DNA from: Eledone cirrhosa
Lineage: Eukaryota
Direction of reading: 5' to 3'
NCBI GenBank assembly: GCA_964016885.1
Contig: OZ024741.1
Coordinates: forward strand, 120,156,001 to 120,220,000
DNA: 64,000 nucleotides
Positions within the stretch are counted from its first letter, which is position 1; every line of letters begins with the position of its first letter. This document shows positions 1-12,699 of the stretch, one piece after another. A program made the translations under genes and the position numbers. The notes below the pieces were generated by a model. The model worked only from the letters and a program-made list of their open reading frames with translations. It did not search any database and had not been told where the DNA came from.

Positions 1-442
1 ACTGCCCATATAATATCGAAGATTCTGTCAATATAAGTACATCACAAGTCTAAACACCTAAAGATGCATGTGTGTGTATGTATGTTTTTTCTTGAACATG
101 GCGGAGCTTGTTGTCTCTTGAGGTCACTGGTTGTGACTTGGTGATAACTCATATGAACATAAAGCAAGATAAATGCAACTATAATAATAATAATAATAAT
201 GTTTTCTTTATTAACCACAAGGGTTTACATAAAGTAGACATTAAGGACAGTACAGGACAATACAGGACGGTACAAATGGGCATATCTGCGTGTAAAAAAA
301 CAGAGGATGTAATAAAATAACAAAGAAAGATTCCCCAATAGGGGGAGACTTCCGAGGGACATTTGTGGAGAAAGCCCATTAAAAGACCACAGTGACCCTG
401 ACCACCAGGGCAAGTGCCCTCTCCCAGTTTTCCACCTTTAAT

Positions 443-3400
443 TTACAGACACATACTCAGAGTAGGCCCATTCACTCGGGCCATGCTTGCTTCTCTCACC
501 CACCTTTCAACAAAATCCTGGGAAGAGAGCACTTCCCTCTCTACCCTGATTTTCCTTTTCAAATGAAATTTGAAAAAGTTAATCAGGGCATAACCGAAGA
601 GGTAAGTGCTCATCTTCAGCTCTTTCAAACGTGTCCACCATACTATCTCTTTCGCCATGGCCACCAGACAGATAAAAACTTCCTGCACTTCACGGTTAAA
701 GGAAGATGACGGGGCAATCCTCACGATGGACTCAGCTGATAGCTGGATCCGTCCTACACGTGACAGCAGGTGTTCGACATAAACCAACAAGTCAGCAATT
801 CTCGGACACTGGACGAGTGCGTGCAGGACGGTTTCGTCGCCCTGCGCGCATCTCGAACATTCCCGGCTGACGGCACCTCCATGCCTGTAGAGTTTATCCC
901 GAACTGGCAAAGCTCCTCGGTAGCACTGCCAGTCCAGGGATTTCTGGAAGTTGGCCATAGGCCCCGGCCCGAAAGTCCTTCCGAAGAGATTGGCTAGTTG
1001 ATTTTCGTCGACGCCTAGAGTTTCTCCAAGTACGTCGTCGCTCTTCCCCTCCACTAATCCTCTATAGAACGCCAAGGTGGAGTTTCCATCGATCACATTG
1101 CCCGATTGGTCGAGGGCTGTGAGCGCCTGAAAACATTCCAGTCTCCAAGCGCTCCTTCTCAGTCTTCGCTTGACCCAGGACTGCAGCTCCGTCAAGGAGA
1201 CGAGCTGGGGAAAGACGTGTCTAGCAAACGGCGACCACATCTGATCACCGTCGAGGAAGAGGTGGAGATGTCGTAGCCTGAGCGCGTGTCTGCGCATCAT
1301 CAGTCACGGCATTCCCAGCCCTCCACGTAGCGGGTGTTGACAGCAGATGGACCGCCTGACCATAGGAGCGCGTCCCTTCCACAAAAAGCGAAAGAGCAAA
1401 CGCTCCAGCGCAGTCAGGCGGGGCTTAGGACAAGGTACGACGGTCAGGCGGTAGCAGATGACAGACGCGATGTACGCGTTAGCCACCTCCGCTCGACCTT
1501 TCAGGGATAGCTTCCTCTCGGCCCATTTCTGGGTGAGAGAAGCCACCCTGCTCGTCACCTCGTCCCAGTTTTTGTCCGTCTGGAGGTCTGGACCGAACCA
1601 GACCCCTAGCAATTTAACCGGTCCGTCCGTCCAGCGTCCGACGTCGCTGTTGGACGGCATGAATCTGCCTCTGCAGGTGCCGAGCTGCAGACCCACTGAC
1701 TTTTCCTGGTTGATCATTGCTCCTGTCACCGCTTCGTATTCTCTTATTGTAGTGCCGATCGCCTCGATGTGTTTGGCGTTCGACACCACTATGGTGACAT
1801 CGTCGGCATATGCTGACATGGATCTTCCGCATCCTAGTTCGCGCGGGACGCCCCTCAACGTCCCCAGTTTGTGCAGTAATGGCTCGAGAGTCAATACGTA
1901 CAAGAGGGACGAGAGGGGACATCCTTGGCGGACCGAGCGCATGATGTTGAACGGTTCCGAAAGGTGACCGTTCACTCTCAACACAGCAGATGTCGCTGTG
2001 GATGGCAGCGATTCACCCTCTGAAGACGGGCCCAAAGCCAGCCGCCCTCAGCACTGCCGCTAGGTAACGATGGTCGACCCTATCGAAAGCTCTCGACTGA
2101 TATAAATTGATCAAAGACCCACCCGTGCCAGGTTCCCTAGCTACCCTCTCTACGATGTATCGGAGGAGGTGGAGGTTGTCGTGGATGGATCTGTCGGGAA
2201 TGGCGCATGTCTGCGCCTCTCCCACCAGACCACCAGCGACAAGCGCCAACCTCTTTGCTAGCACCTTGGCCAAAATCTTGAACTCTGTGTTTAGCAGAGT
2301 TAAGGGCCTGAAATTATCTATGTTATCCCCCTTGTTCGGATCCTTTCTCAGCAGTGCCACCGCTCCTCGGCTCACAGAGCTGGGAATTCTCCCGTTCTGT
2401 TGCCAGTTGCAGTAGAGGTCCGCCAAGAGGCCTCCGAACAAGTTTGGCATTTGTACGTAAAGTTCATAGGGCACCCTAGCTCTGACAACGCAGCCTTCGT
2501 GCTTTGCATTGAAGAATTGGTCGAGGGCCAATTTCGCCGCAAGCACGTCGGTCGCGATGCCTTTGCTAAGCACCTCGTCTAATTTTCAAACTAATTCTCC
2601 CTCTGCTCTATTTTTCTCTATTGCTAAAGCCTTACTAAACCTAATGGGCTCTATTCTAATTGCTCTTTTCAGAGCAAACCACCACTTGTTGTTGACGATG
2701 TCCCACGTTAACGCCCGCTTAACTAGTTCGCTAATCCGGTCTCTGTAGGCCTTGCGCGCTGGTAAGGACGCGTTTAGCTTCCAGTAGCCGGGTCCTCGCC
2801 TATGAAGCCTATCTAAGTCAAGCACACAGATCACGAATTCGTGGTCCGCGTAGCTGACTATCTTGAATTGTGGACAGCCTATGCTAGACATATCTATTTC
2901 CCTACAAAATACTCTATCTAGATATGATCTGGATGACCCTATGCGATTTGTCCAAGTCCACATTGGCACATTCGGGAAATCCAATCGGTACCTGTCAGAC
3001 AGTTCAAAATGCCTGAGCAGGTTGGTGAGGCTCTTGCACCCTCCACCCCTATCCGCTAATCCCACACAGTCTCAGCGTGCATCTAAGATCCCGTTCCAGT
3101 CGCCCACTAATTCTAAAGAGCGGGACGTCCCAAGAAAGGTCTCAAGACGCCGGAAGAAATCAGGCCGCCCTGCTCCTGTCGGGGCATAGACGGCCACTAG
3201 CCTGAAAGCTTGCCCATCTCCGCTGGTCACGTCCAGCACCACCAACTTACCCTCTGGGTCCAGGAAGATGGCCCGTATGGCGAGATCCAAACCTCTCCGA
3301 AAAAGCACAGCAACTCCTCCCCCCGATCCCGGACGGCTGGGAGATGCGTACACATCGTAGCCGCCGAAGATCGGTGCGAAGGCCCGTGCATCGGAGATTC

Positions 3401-3521
3401 TGGTCTCGCTGTTGGCCACTACATCTATGTTTAGTGACCTGATGTCCTTGAGCAGGTGACCCTGCTTCCATGATGACGCCAAGCCACGCGCATTTATGCT
3501 GCCTATTCTGAGTGAGGTCAT
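443..3521 (-). pseudogene. ORF2 (APE endonuclease + reverse transcriptase + zinc-binding C-terminus), broken by stops, frameshifts and an internal deletion
   Basis: Collinear ORF pieces 3072-3521, 2586-3065, 2013-2573, 1304-2035, 443-1300; the EN-RT linker looks shortened at VRARV/PYELY. Confidence 0.9.
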
Positions 3522-3542
3522 GTTTAAAATAGAGTGGAAAAG

Positions 3543-5484
3543 ATGGGAAAGACCACTTACCGTACTTTTCGTAGAGGAAGGATGGTTTTTCCATCCCTTT
3601 TCACTTGATCGTCTGGTGAAGGGACCGTTGAATCGTCCCTTCGGCTGGTCGTCGGCTCTTCTATGAGTATGTCCGAATATACTCTCCGGTTGAGAGTCCC
3701 TCCTAGGTCTCTGAAATCACCAACTGCGTTGAGGAATTACGTTTTAATGTTTGTGTATTGTTTCTGTGCTATTTTTAGCAGTCTTATGTTAGTTGGCGTT
3801 TTGATTGGTGCTGGTATTATGTAGTCGTGCTGTGAAATGTCTGTGTGTTCAATTATGTAAGTCATTAGTTTCTTGTTGCGTGTATTTATTGCCGTGCATT
3901 TCTTTTTCTGGGGGTGGGGTGTGGTTCTGATATTTTCTTGTCGTTGTTGCTGGGTGTGTGTGTTTTGTTGTTGTGTTTGCGATGTTGGTGCTTGTTGTGG
4001 TGGTGTTGAAGGTGTTGTTGTTGTTGGCGGTGGGGTTGTCGCCGGTGGTGATGGTGGTGCTAGTGTGGGTGGTGATGGTGTTGGTGGTGTTGCTGCTGTG
4101 AGTCTCTTTGCGGTAGCCTTTACCCTTTTTTCATTTCTTTCCTCCCTTTTCAAAGGCGACGATGCGCTGCTTCTGCGTTTGTGCCTTCTTCCGACCTTTT
4201 GCCATCCCTCTCCCACCTCACACTCCATGTCTGATTCTGTGAGGTCGGGGAGGGGTACCAGCTCCACTCTTTCACTTGTTGTTGGTGATGTTTGCACTGG
4301 AGTCTCTGTTGCAGCTGCATTTGGTATTACTGTTGTTATTGTTAATACTTCCACTGCTGCTGCTGTTTTTGATTTCCGTGGCTTGGGTATGGGTGCCACG
4401 GACCTATCGTTCCTGGTTGCCGCTTGTCCTGTTGCTGATAGCCGTGGAGCCGGTTTCGGAAGGAGGGGGGTTTTCTTTTTTCTCATGGTCTTCTCGTTGC
4501 AGAAGGCCCTGAGGTGAGTCTTCGATCCACAGCGAAAGCATTTCGGGCGTTTGCCCTCAACACTTATGGGCAGTTGAGTGCCGTTATCGAAGTCTATCAC
4601 ATCCGGGATAGCTTCGATGCACTCCTGGTTGGTTTGGATTAACATCTCAATGGAGGTGCCGACCCAATCTTCTCTTAATTTTTTCTGTACTTGCAGTACC
4701 GTTGTTTTGTCCTCGATTCCGACGAGGACAGACGCGGCCAGCCAAGAAGGAGCCATCCCGGGGGGGGGGGGGACGTGGGTCAGTTTGACCCTCACAATTT
4801 TTGCCCGCAGTAGGAGGGGACCAACACCATTTCCTCGCTCCTTAGGGTCACTAAGGATTGAGCCTTTGCCTCCTGGGGTGTTGCAAAAAGCACGTCTACG
4901 GTGGCATATTTCTTGCCTCGGGTGATGTATGTTTTCCGCTGCCACACAGACCCTAAGGCTTTTTGTATTTGAGCCTCTGTGGCTCTTTCAACCCTACGGG
5001 ATTTTGTGCTTACTGTACGGTACGTGACCGTACAGTGCTGTTGGGTTTCGAAAAATTTTTCGGCTGCCTTGCAGATTGCTCAGTGTCCGGTTTTTGTCAC
5101 CATCTTCTTCGCTTCCTCTAATTCCTTATTTGTTATGAGGATGGTTTCCAAGTTCTTTGCGATACCTGCAAACGAGATTGGTTTTTCTTTGCTGCTGTTG
5201 TTGTTGTTGTTGTTGTAGTCAGAGCTGCTCTTACTTTTGTTGTTGCTGCAGGTACTACGACTACTGCCGCCGCCGCTGTTGCTGTGGTTGTTGTTGTTGT
5301 TGTTGCTGCTGCTGCTGTTGTTGTTGCTGCTAATGCTGTTGTTGTTTATGCTGCTGCTGATGCTGTTGCGGCTGCTACTGTTGTTTTCCTTGTCACTGTT
5401 GCTGCTGCTGCTGTTATTACGGCTGATACTGCTATTATTCATGACGTCAGACGAATGAAATGGGTTTTCGTATTTCCCGCACAC
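3543..5484 (-). pseudogene. ORF1 (gag-like, zinc knuckle, low-complexity N/S and P/T tracts), frameshifted
   Basis: ORFs 5080-5484 and 3737-4945; homologous to 62156-63939 (KPISFAGIAK vs KPTLSFAIVAK; VEGKRPKCFRCG vs VEGRRPRCVVCG). Confidence 0.85.
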
Positions 5485-5916
5485 CTTTTTCGTCGTTGTC
5501 GTCGTCGTCGTTTAGAAATTTTGCACGCTTTGCACGTGATTTTTCTTTTCTGGCGTCGCTTGCGAAAGAGAAGGGAGGGAGAGAGACACATTTAGAGAAG
5601 GGAGGGAGAGAGACAATCTTCTCTCTGCTGTAGTGACGATTGAGGAAGAAGAAGACGGAATGAGTGGGAGTGACCTATGAAAATTCTTTTTCGTAGCCAT
5701 GTTTTTTTTTTTGTTTAAAATAAATATTGGGCACAAAACCCCAATAAGCGGTTATTTAACCCCGAAGGGCCAAATAACGGGCAGAAAGACCCCTCTCACG
5801 GGGAGGAGGGTGTTTTTGTCTACAATTTGGTTAAAGTTTTAAACAATTTACAATTGTTATAACGGTCAAAATTTACAATACCTTACAGAGCCGAGCCTCC
5901 GTCAACCATAGCATTC

Positions 5917-5956
<40 letters not shown>

Positions 5957-6059
5957 TTTATACTTGTATATAATTATAAACAGGAAAGGTCAGTAATTCA
6001 TTACCACCTTATTACCAGTAAGAAAAATAGCTCAATAGCAATACATCAGATGTTTTACA

Positions 6060-7660
6060 GAGTCGGAATATAAATTACAGAATAATCCAAACTATGTTCA
6101 AAACATTTTATTGCTGACAATCGTTTCTTCCAAACTTTCGTTTGGAATCATCGGAGCACTAGCAAAGTTTAGACATATAATTAACTTCCTATTCCACAGA
6201 ACAATCGTAAAGATACGTAGATGTTAGTGTTGTCATTACCAGTGTCATATTTAAAGAGTGAAGATGATGTGGTCAGTATTAGTGGATGCGACAAAGATTA
6301 TAAAAGAATAATACAAAAATTATAGAGGAATTAAAGAAGAAAGTTACTCGCAAAACGAGGACATTAGCGGTACACATGCAAACGTATAGAAAGAGTGCAG
6401 AGGTATTAAACAGGTACAGAATAACCAGGTAAGAAACAAGCAATGGTACTAAGCATATATATCACTGTATGGCAAAGTTATCACATAATATAATACAGGT
6501 ATAAAAGCATATTAAGCAGACAGAGATGCGTGGGTATGAAAAGTAGTTTCTATGAAGTTTATGGTGGATGCAATGTGATAATTGTTCCGGTAATTTTCAA
6601 ATGTACATGTGTTGTGAGTATTACTATCAAGGTTTTCCTTTCCATTACATTGGTTATATTTGAGTAAATGTTTATTAGTAGCTACAACTATGGATTGTAT
6701 ATAGGTCCCATTACAATCTTATCAAGGGTTCGAGTTGTTCTGGAGTGATCTGTCTAACGGTATAATTTCAGGAAGTGATTAGAGATCTATACTAAGAGGA
6801 ACTAATGTGAAAGGGGAGGTAATTGGCGATTAATTTGTATATAAGAGAAAAATATATAGTTGTTTACAACTCCAATTAGTTAAATTCTCTGTGTTAATAT
6901 ACAATATATTATGTTATAAGTGAATCCTTTTATATAATGCTATTTATTTTTAAATTTATATATTTAATTTTAAATACAATCTTTTTTCCTATAATACTTT
7001 AAAGATCTCATTTTATCACTACCTACCCATATATTAATTAAATGAATAAAATATTAGTAAGGAAGTTATTGTAGTTATATTAAATTGTGGTTACTTTATG
7101 TTTATTCCCAATAGTTATTGTAGAGTATAAGATCTGAGATAAATAGGAGGTAAGTAGAGGAATGAGCTGATCATAGAATGTGATGCTGTGGGGGGTAATT
7201 ATATGCTGATAAAATCTAGAGGTAAAGTGTTAACGGTGGTGAGGAATCCAGATCTGACATTGTTATATACTAGCAGCTAGGTTTGAAGTTGTGGAAAGCG
7301 TGTCGGTGGTAGTGTTGGCACATTGAAAATATTTCTGATTTTCTATTTAAAAGGTTTAGCTTAGAATAGATTATAGTGCGAGTCTATAGAAGACAGAGGT
7401 TACATAATTTACTCGGTGGTTTATACGATGCGGCCTTATCTATTACTTCCCATTGAAGTATATATGGTCTATTCTTAGTTTCAGAGAGTGTATCTAGTTA
7501 GATAAAGAAGTGGAGTTGGCTAGATTGCGATTTTTGAAAGTGTGGTGATGCGAGTTATATCTCGTCTTGAAGCAGTTCGAAGTAGAACCGATATATACTT
7601 AGCTACCATATAAAGACGTAAATTATCCGCGTCGGCTGTAGTGGAATATTTATCGAAACC
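6060..7660 (-). mobile_element. Penelope-like element 3' remnant (GIY-YIG endonuclease C-terminus plus terminal region)
   Basis: Manual minus-strand translation of about 7312-7610: VYIGSTSNCFKTRYNSHHHTFKNRNLANSTSLSN*, a frameshift, then YILQWEVIDKAASYKPPSKLCNLCLL*TRTIIYSKLNLLNRKSEIFSMCQH; hammerhead motif and AATAAA downstream. Boundaries approximate. Confidence 0.78.
6112..6158 (-). ncRNA. Minimal type I hammerhead ribozyme motif
   Basis: Minus strand: UGCU CCGAUGA UUCCAAAC-GAAA-GUUUGGAA GAAAC GAUU GUC AGCA; 4-bp stem I, perfect 8-bp stem II with GAAA loop, minimal stem III, GUC cleavage triplet; U4C core variant. Confidence 0.75.
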
Positions 7661-7788
7661 ATGGTAGAGGTATTTAAATGTATTCTATTTTCTCCTAGTT
7701 TATTTTAAACCTAATTCTGCTTAGTTGACTGTATCTAGGCGATTACGCTGTCGAAATATTCGATAAATATTCCACTACAGCCGACGCG
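7628..7788. repeat. Perfect 30-bp inverted repeat with 101-bp spacer
   Basis: cgcgtcggctgtagtggaatatttatcgaa (7628-7657) and its reverse complement (7759-7788). Confidence 0.9.
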
Positions 7789-8021
7789 AAGCGCTAGTTT
7801 TGGTTATTTGTTGGAGATTCCTTCATAGAAGCCTCATTCGTATAGCCTGGTCTATTCGATTTTTTATATAGTTAATTATGCTAATTGGGAGAGGAAATAG
7901 TATATATTTTATCTTGTGATTCTATAGACATGTTTTGTGATATATAGCTCTGATTGTTTAATTTATTAATTTTTCATTGAGCCAAAAAGTGACCAGTTGC
8001 AAAACACGTATATGTATGTGT

Positions 8022-8653
<632 letters not shown>

Positions 8654-8656
<3 letters not shown>

Positions 8657-8833
8657 ATTCGATTGACTTTCGTCAAATCGGACCGAGGAAACAATGTTTC
8701 CATTGGTCTTTCCAATTGCTAATACTATATATCGGTCGCAACTACAGGTAGGAAGAGCAACGTGAAAATAAAGTGTCTTGTTCAAGGATATAACGCATCA
8801 ACTCGCTCGCTGCTTCGAAAAATATTCTTACTT

Positions 8834-8836
<3 letters not shown>
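8654..8836 (+). mobile_element. Possible degraded SINE fragment between (TA)n tracts
   Basis: aaagtgtcttgttcaaggatataac resembles the conserved aagtgtcttgcccaaggacacaac SINE core motif. Confidence 0.4.
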
Positions 8837-8908
<72 letters not shown>

Positions 8909-9791
8909 ACTCTATATACAAATGCGGCTGAGCAACCCATGTACATGCGCTTCTAAACTAAATGTTGTGGCTTATATTAAGTTCCAACAGCGAACAGATC
9001 AGGGAGTGTTAGCTTGATAAAAGCCAGTGTCAGTAATGATGACGTCATCAGAAGTTAACTCCCCGTCCTTAGCTTCTGTTGTAACAAACTAGATGGCGCT
9101 AGCTATCAAATTCATAGCTGAAGGCTTTCAAAATGTTTATTTATAAACATACCGCATATCGCCAGGTATTCAAATTCACGTATTTCATTTACAAACGCTA
9201 TATTAGAGTTAATGCCCTTATATATATGAAGATATATCTATATAAAAACATTGTGTGTAACCGAGACTGCACCAACGTGTATAAATATATACATATATCT
9301 AATATGTGGGCATAGAAACATCCCAGAAAATATGAATTTCCCTGGAAATGGAAGAAAATGATAAACATCTTCGGATTTTATTGGACTCTCATAGGAATAC
9401 GTGTATATCTACCAATCAATTATTTTTAAATAAGATGCTTTAAATTTGTGGTTGTCCTTCTGAGTTACTCATGTTGGGACTGTTCATGTTGTTGGACAAG
9501 GGATCCCATCGACGTTGTAATATCCTGTGCTTTATTCCAGAAGGTATAAAAATAATATATATTTCTTTGCATTCATTACAATATTGATATCGGTGTCTAT
9601 TATCGTAGTGCAGTCAATCCAGTGTGTTTTCTTTTATACTTGTATTTTTATGTAAGTGTATGTTAATCAGGGAATCGAATTGATGCAACAATCTTGCATC
9701 TATGTACTTAGCAATCGCAGAAAAACAGTTGACAAGGTAGTACCTGACAAAATAAAAATAACTGAAGAGAAGGAAGTAAATATCGTATAAT

Positions 9792-9974
9792 AATTGTTTC
9801 TACTCTTGACACAAGGCCAGAAATTATCCCAGTTTATTACTGGTACTTTATTTTATCGACCTCGTAAGGATGAAATCACCTCGGCGTGATTTGAACTCAG
9901 AACGTAAAGGGCCGTAACGCTATGCTGCAAAGCATGGCTTCCGACCTTCTACTGATACTGCCAATCGACCGCCA
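9792..9974 (-). mobile_element. tRNA-derived SINE with Deu/Nin-like central domain
   Basis: Reverse complement of the family consensus ggcggtggattggcagtatcggtaga...gagttcaaatc...tttcatccttacggggtcgataaaataaagtaccag...ggccttgtgcc. Confidence 0.85.
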
Positions 9975-10315
9975 TATACCGTACGATAATGGAATGTTTC
10001 ATTTTGTTATGCTACAAGATTACGGATTACAAAATTTATTACCGTATTCGATCGTATAATTGTTTCGTATTGAGAAAGAAGCAAAGAATAGAATAACTGG
10101 AATTTCTGCAGAAATGTAACAAAAGACAAACACGTTCCAGTAATAAATATACATAGAGAGTTTATTTATACATATGTTTATATGATAAAATAGTTAACAT
10201 TTATAAATATACACCCTGTGTATCGTCACATCATCAAGAATATAATTATTGTTATTAGGATTTAATCTTTTTTAAGATAATAGAAATTGATTTCTACTGA
10301 ATAACATTTGTAGTA

Positions 10316-12295
10316 TTATTGAACCGAAATGTTTGTTGATATTTGAGATGTAACTGTTTTACCGGAAGTTGAAGATACTTTAGTAGATTTAGTGGTAGAC
10401 CATTGTGAAATCACATCTAACTTCTTCAGTACACTACGGTAGACAATCTTTGTTAGAAGAAACGATAAACAAATAATCAAACCAATAAAGGAGTTTAAAA
10501 TACAAAACAGCAGAGAAAATTCTTCAATTTTTGTAAAGGTATATAGGAATGCAAATATCCATGTTAATCCCATGACAAAGCTTAGTTTTATGTATATGAA
10601 GAATTCATTTTTATTATGTTTAGATAAATATTTTGAAGAATGTTTGTTAGCCAAATACAGCCCTCTTGCGGTGAAGATAAATGCAGTTATATTAAGACAT
10701 AATAGAACCATTACTGGAATTGCAAAGAGGTACAAAAGACCTTTTCCATTTGTAATCCAACAAATACCCTTGCCATATTCTGGAGATATTCCATGATTTC
10801 CTGGTAAGTATTCAAATATAAGTGACACTGCAACTATTACAAATGGAGAAATCCAAGCATATAAAGAATACAATATAAATCTCTTTCTACCCTTTCCTCT
10901 ACTGCGAAGTTGTGTAAGTCCTGAGAAAGTGTACCAGACATCAAATGACATGACATTCATCCAGAAGAAAGCAGATAGAAAGGTATAATGAATCACAACA
11001 GCTAAAGATGTACACACAGCTGTAGATGTAGTAACATATGGTGTGATCAGAAACAGAAGCTCAGCTAGAAATAGTGCTGATAAAAGACTAATGAGTAATT
11101 TACCTGGTAAGGTAAGGAGTTTAGGTATACATAGATAGACTATAATAGTGATGGCTAGAGCTGGAATAGAGATTATTAGTCCTATAAGTGTGATATAACT
11201 CTCAACAGTGGAATATTTTGATATTACATTGGTACCATTTTTTACACAGATACTTACACCTTGAGAATCTTGACTGAATTCTGATTGGTTCAACAGACGT
11301 TGTGTATTATTTAAGTAAAGGAGGCCATCACTAGTGATATGATATTCAGTTTCATTTAATGTTGTTGTAGTACAGTTTAACTGTGTATGAAAGATAACCT
11401 GTCTACATTGACTGGTATTTATATCGTAGACAGTGTGTTTTGGACACGAAGGCAACTGCAGAACATTATTTCCTATTTTGATAGAACGCCAATCGAAATA
11501 TATGATTAGAGGATATGAATTTTCCACTTCAGTATATCCACTTCTGAAATACATGTAGCATTGAACCACCTCGTTTTCAAAGCCGTTGCACTTTGCGCAG
11601 TAAATGTTTCTAAATAATTTTCCATACACATATACCCCCCTTTTAGGTTCAGTCACACATAGATATTCTAGCGTTTTATTGTCAATATCTTGCGCACAAT
11701 TTGAAGGAGTACATATCAACATATATTGCTCTAATTCATCTGATGGGACATCCATGACTGCATCACATGCCCTGTTATTAATTATTTCAAGAGCATTCTC
11801 AAGCGTGACATTTTGAACTGCCAGCGAAAAAGTACATCTGTAAGAAACACTCCATGGAATGAATTCCTCTCCGTGACACAGAGCACAGTATAAATTCCTG
11901 AAGAGTTTTTTACTTGTTTTACCAAAAGCAGGTATGTTGTGTAGTTGGTCATCCGGGTTAGGACTTTCACAGCTGATTACATGCTCTGTAATGTTATGGT
12001 TAGGTGGACAGTGGTCAAATTGATAATAGTAATCGTCATTAACTCTACCACAACTATAATACATTGATGGATATGGCTGTTTGTTGTTAGAACTTGTGTT
12101 ATTAATCATGTCAACACAACAGTCATTGTAGAGGTAACAATCTTGGCGGCACGAACACTGATCTGTTTCAGGACTTTCAGAACATAAAATTGGTGGACAT
12201 ACATTAGAATCTAGGACATTGTAGGTTGATGTTTGTAATACAAGGTCTGAAAGCAGTAAAAATGGAACCATAAAGAATTGAAGGAAATTTTCCAT
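10316..12295 (-). CDS. Methuselah-like / family-B (adhesion-like) GPCR with Cys-rich somatomedin-B-like ectodomain, single coding exon, about 659 aa
   Basis: Uninterrupted ORF; ATG at 12295 (the track start at 12316 is TTG); signal-like FLQFFMVPFLLLSDLVL; CSCRQDCYLYNDCC; two FRNxYCAxC motifs; 7 TM segments with HYTFLSAFFWMNVMSFD, YAWISP, YGKGICWI, MGLTWIF; AATAAA at 10161-10166 (minus). Confidence 0.9.
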   Translation of the reverse strand: MENFLQFFMVPFLLLSDLVLQTSTYNVLDSNVCPPILCSESPETDQCSCRQDCYLYNDCCVDMINNTSSNNKQPYPSMYYSCGRVNDDYYYQFDHCPPNHNITEHVISCESPNPDDQLHNIPAFGKTSKKLFRNLYCALCHGEEFIPWSVSYRCTFSLAVQNVTLENALEIINNRACDAVMDVPSDELEQYMLICTPSNCAQDIDNKTLEYLCVTEPKRGVYVYGKLFRNIYCAKCNGFENEVVQCYMYFRSGYTEVENSYPLIIYFDWRSIKIGNNVLQLPSCPKHTVYDINTSQCRQVIFHTQLNCTTTTLNETEYHITSDGLLYLNNTQRLLNQSEFSQDSQGVSICVKNGTNVISKYSTVESYITLIGLIISIPALAITIIVYLCIPKLLTLPGKLLISLLSALFLAELLFLITPYVTTSTAVCTSLAVVIHYTFLSAFFWMNVMSFDVWYTFSGLTQLRSRGKGRKRFILYSLYAWISPFVIVAVSLIFEYLPGNHGISPEYGKGICWITNGKGLLYLFAIPVMVLLCLNITAFIFTARGLYLANKHSSKYLSKHNKNEFFIYIKLSFVMGLTWIFAFLYTFTKIEEFSLLFCILNSFIGLIICLSFLLTKIVYRSVLKKLDVISQWSTTKSTKVSSTSGKTVTSQISTNISVQ

Positions 12296-12699
12296 TTTAA
12301 AATACTTTAAATTCAATTAATATTCACGAATATTGTTGTGTATAATTTAATATTTTATTTTATTTCCGTGATTTAAAAACTCTCTAATTTGTACTTTTGA
12401 AGAAACGTTTGCCTGCAATACAGTAATTATTATATTGATTAACGTGTTTCCACATATGGCCAGTATCGTAGAGTAAAATTGAAGATTTTTGTATTTTAGT
12501 CTTCACGTAATGGCTGTCATACGGAATGTCTTACATGGAAGAATGGAATTGGATGATATCGATATTAAATATTGAATGTCAGTATTGTGTCTCTTTGATG
12601 ACGTATTTAAAGATAGTAGATGTATCTGTAAAAGAAGACATATTTAGTAACACATAATATCATAGTAAAAATGGACACACATATAAGCACAATATATAC

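Larger units (their letters stand above)
201..5916 (-). mobile_element. Full-span but degenerate Tx1/L1-clade non-LTR retrotransposon (ORF1 + APE-RT ORF2)
   Basis: ORF1 with CCHC knuckle CFRCGSKTHLRAFC; APE motifs SINARGL, VYAP, GDWN, YLDRVF; RT motifs RPLTLLNTEFKILAK, AFDRVDH, RQGCPLS, YADD; C-terminal CSRC..ETVLHALVQCP; AATAAA at 207-212 (minus); (AAT)n on both sides (180-200, 5917-5955). Confidence 0.92.

Noticed and set aside
9085-9105. ctagatggcgct as a CTCF-like site
   Set aside because: A single short motif match with no supporting context
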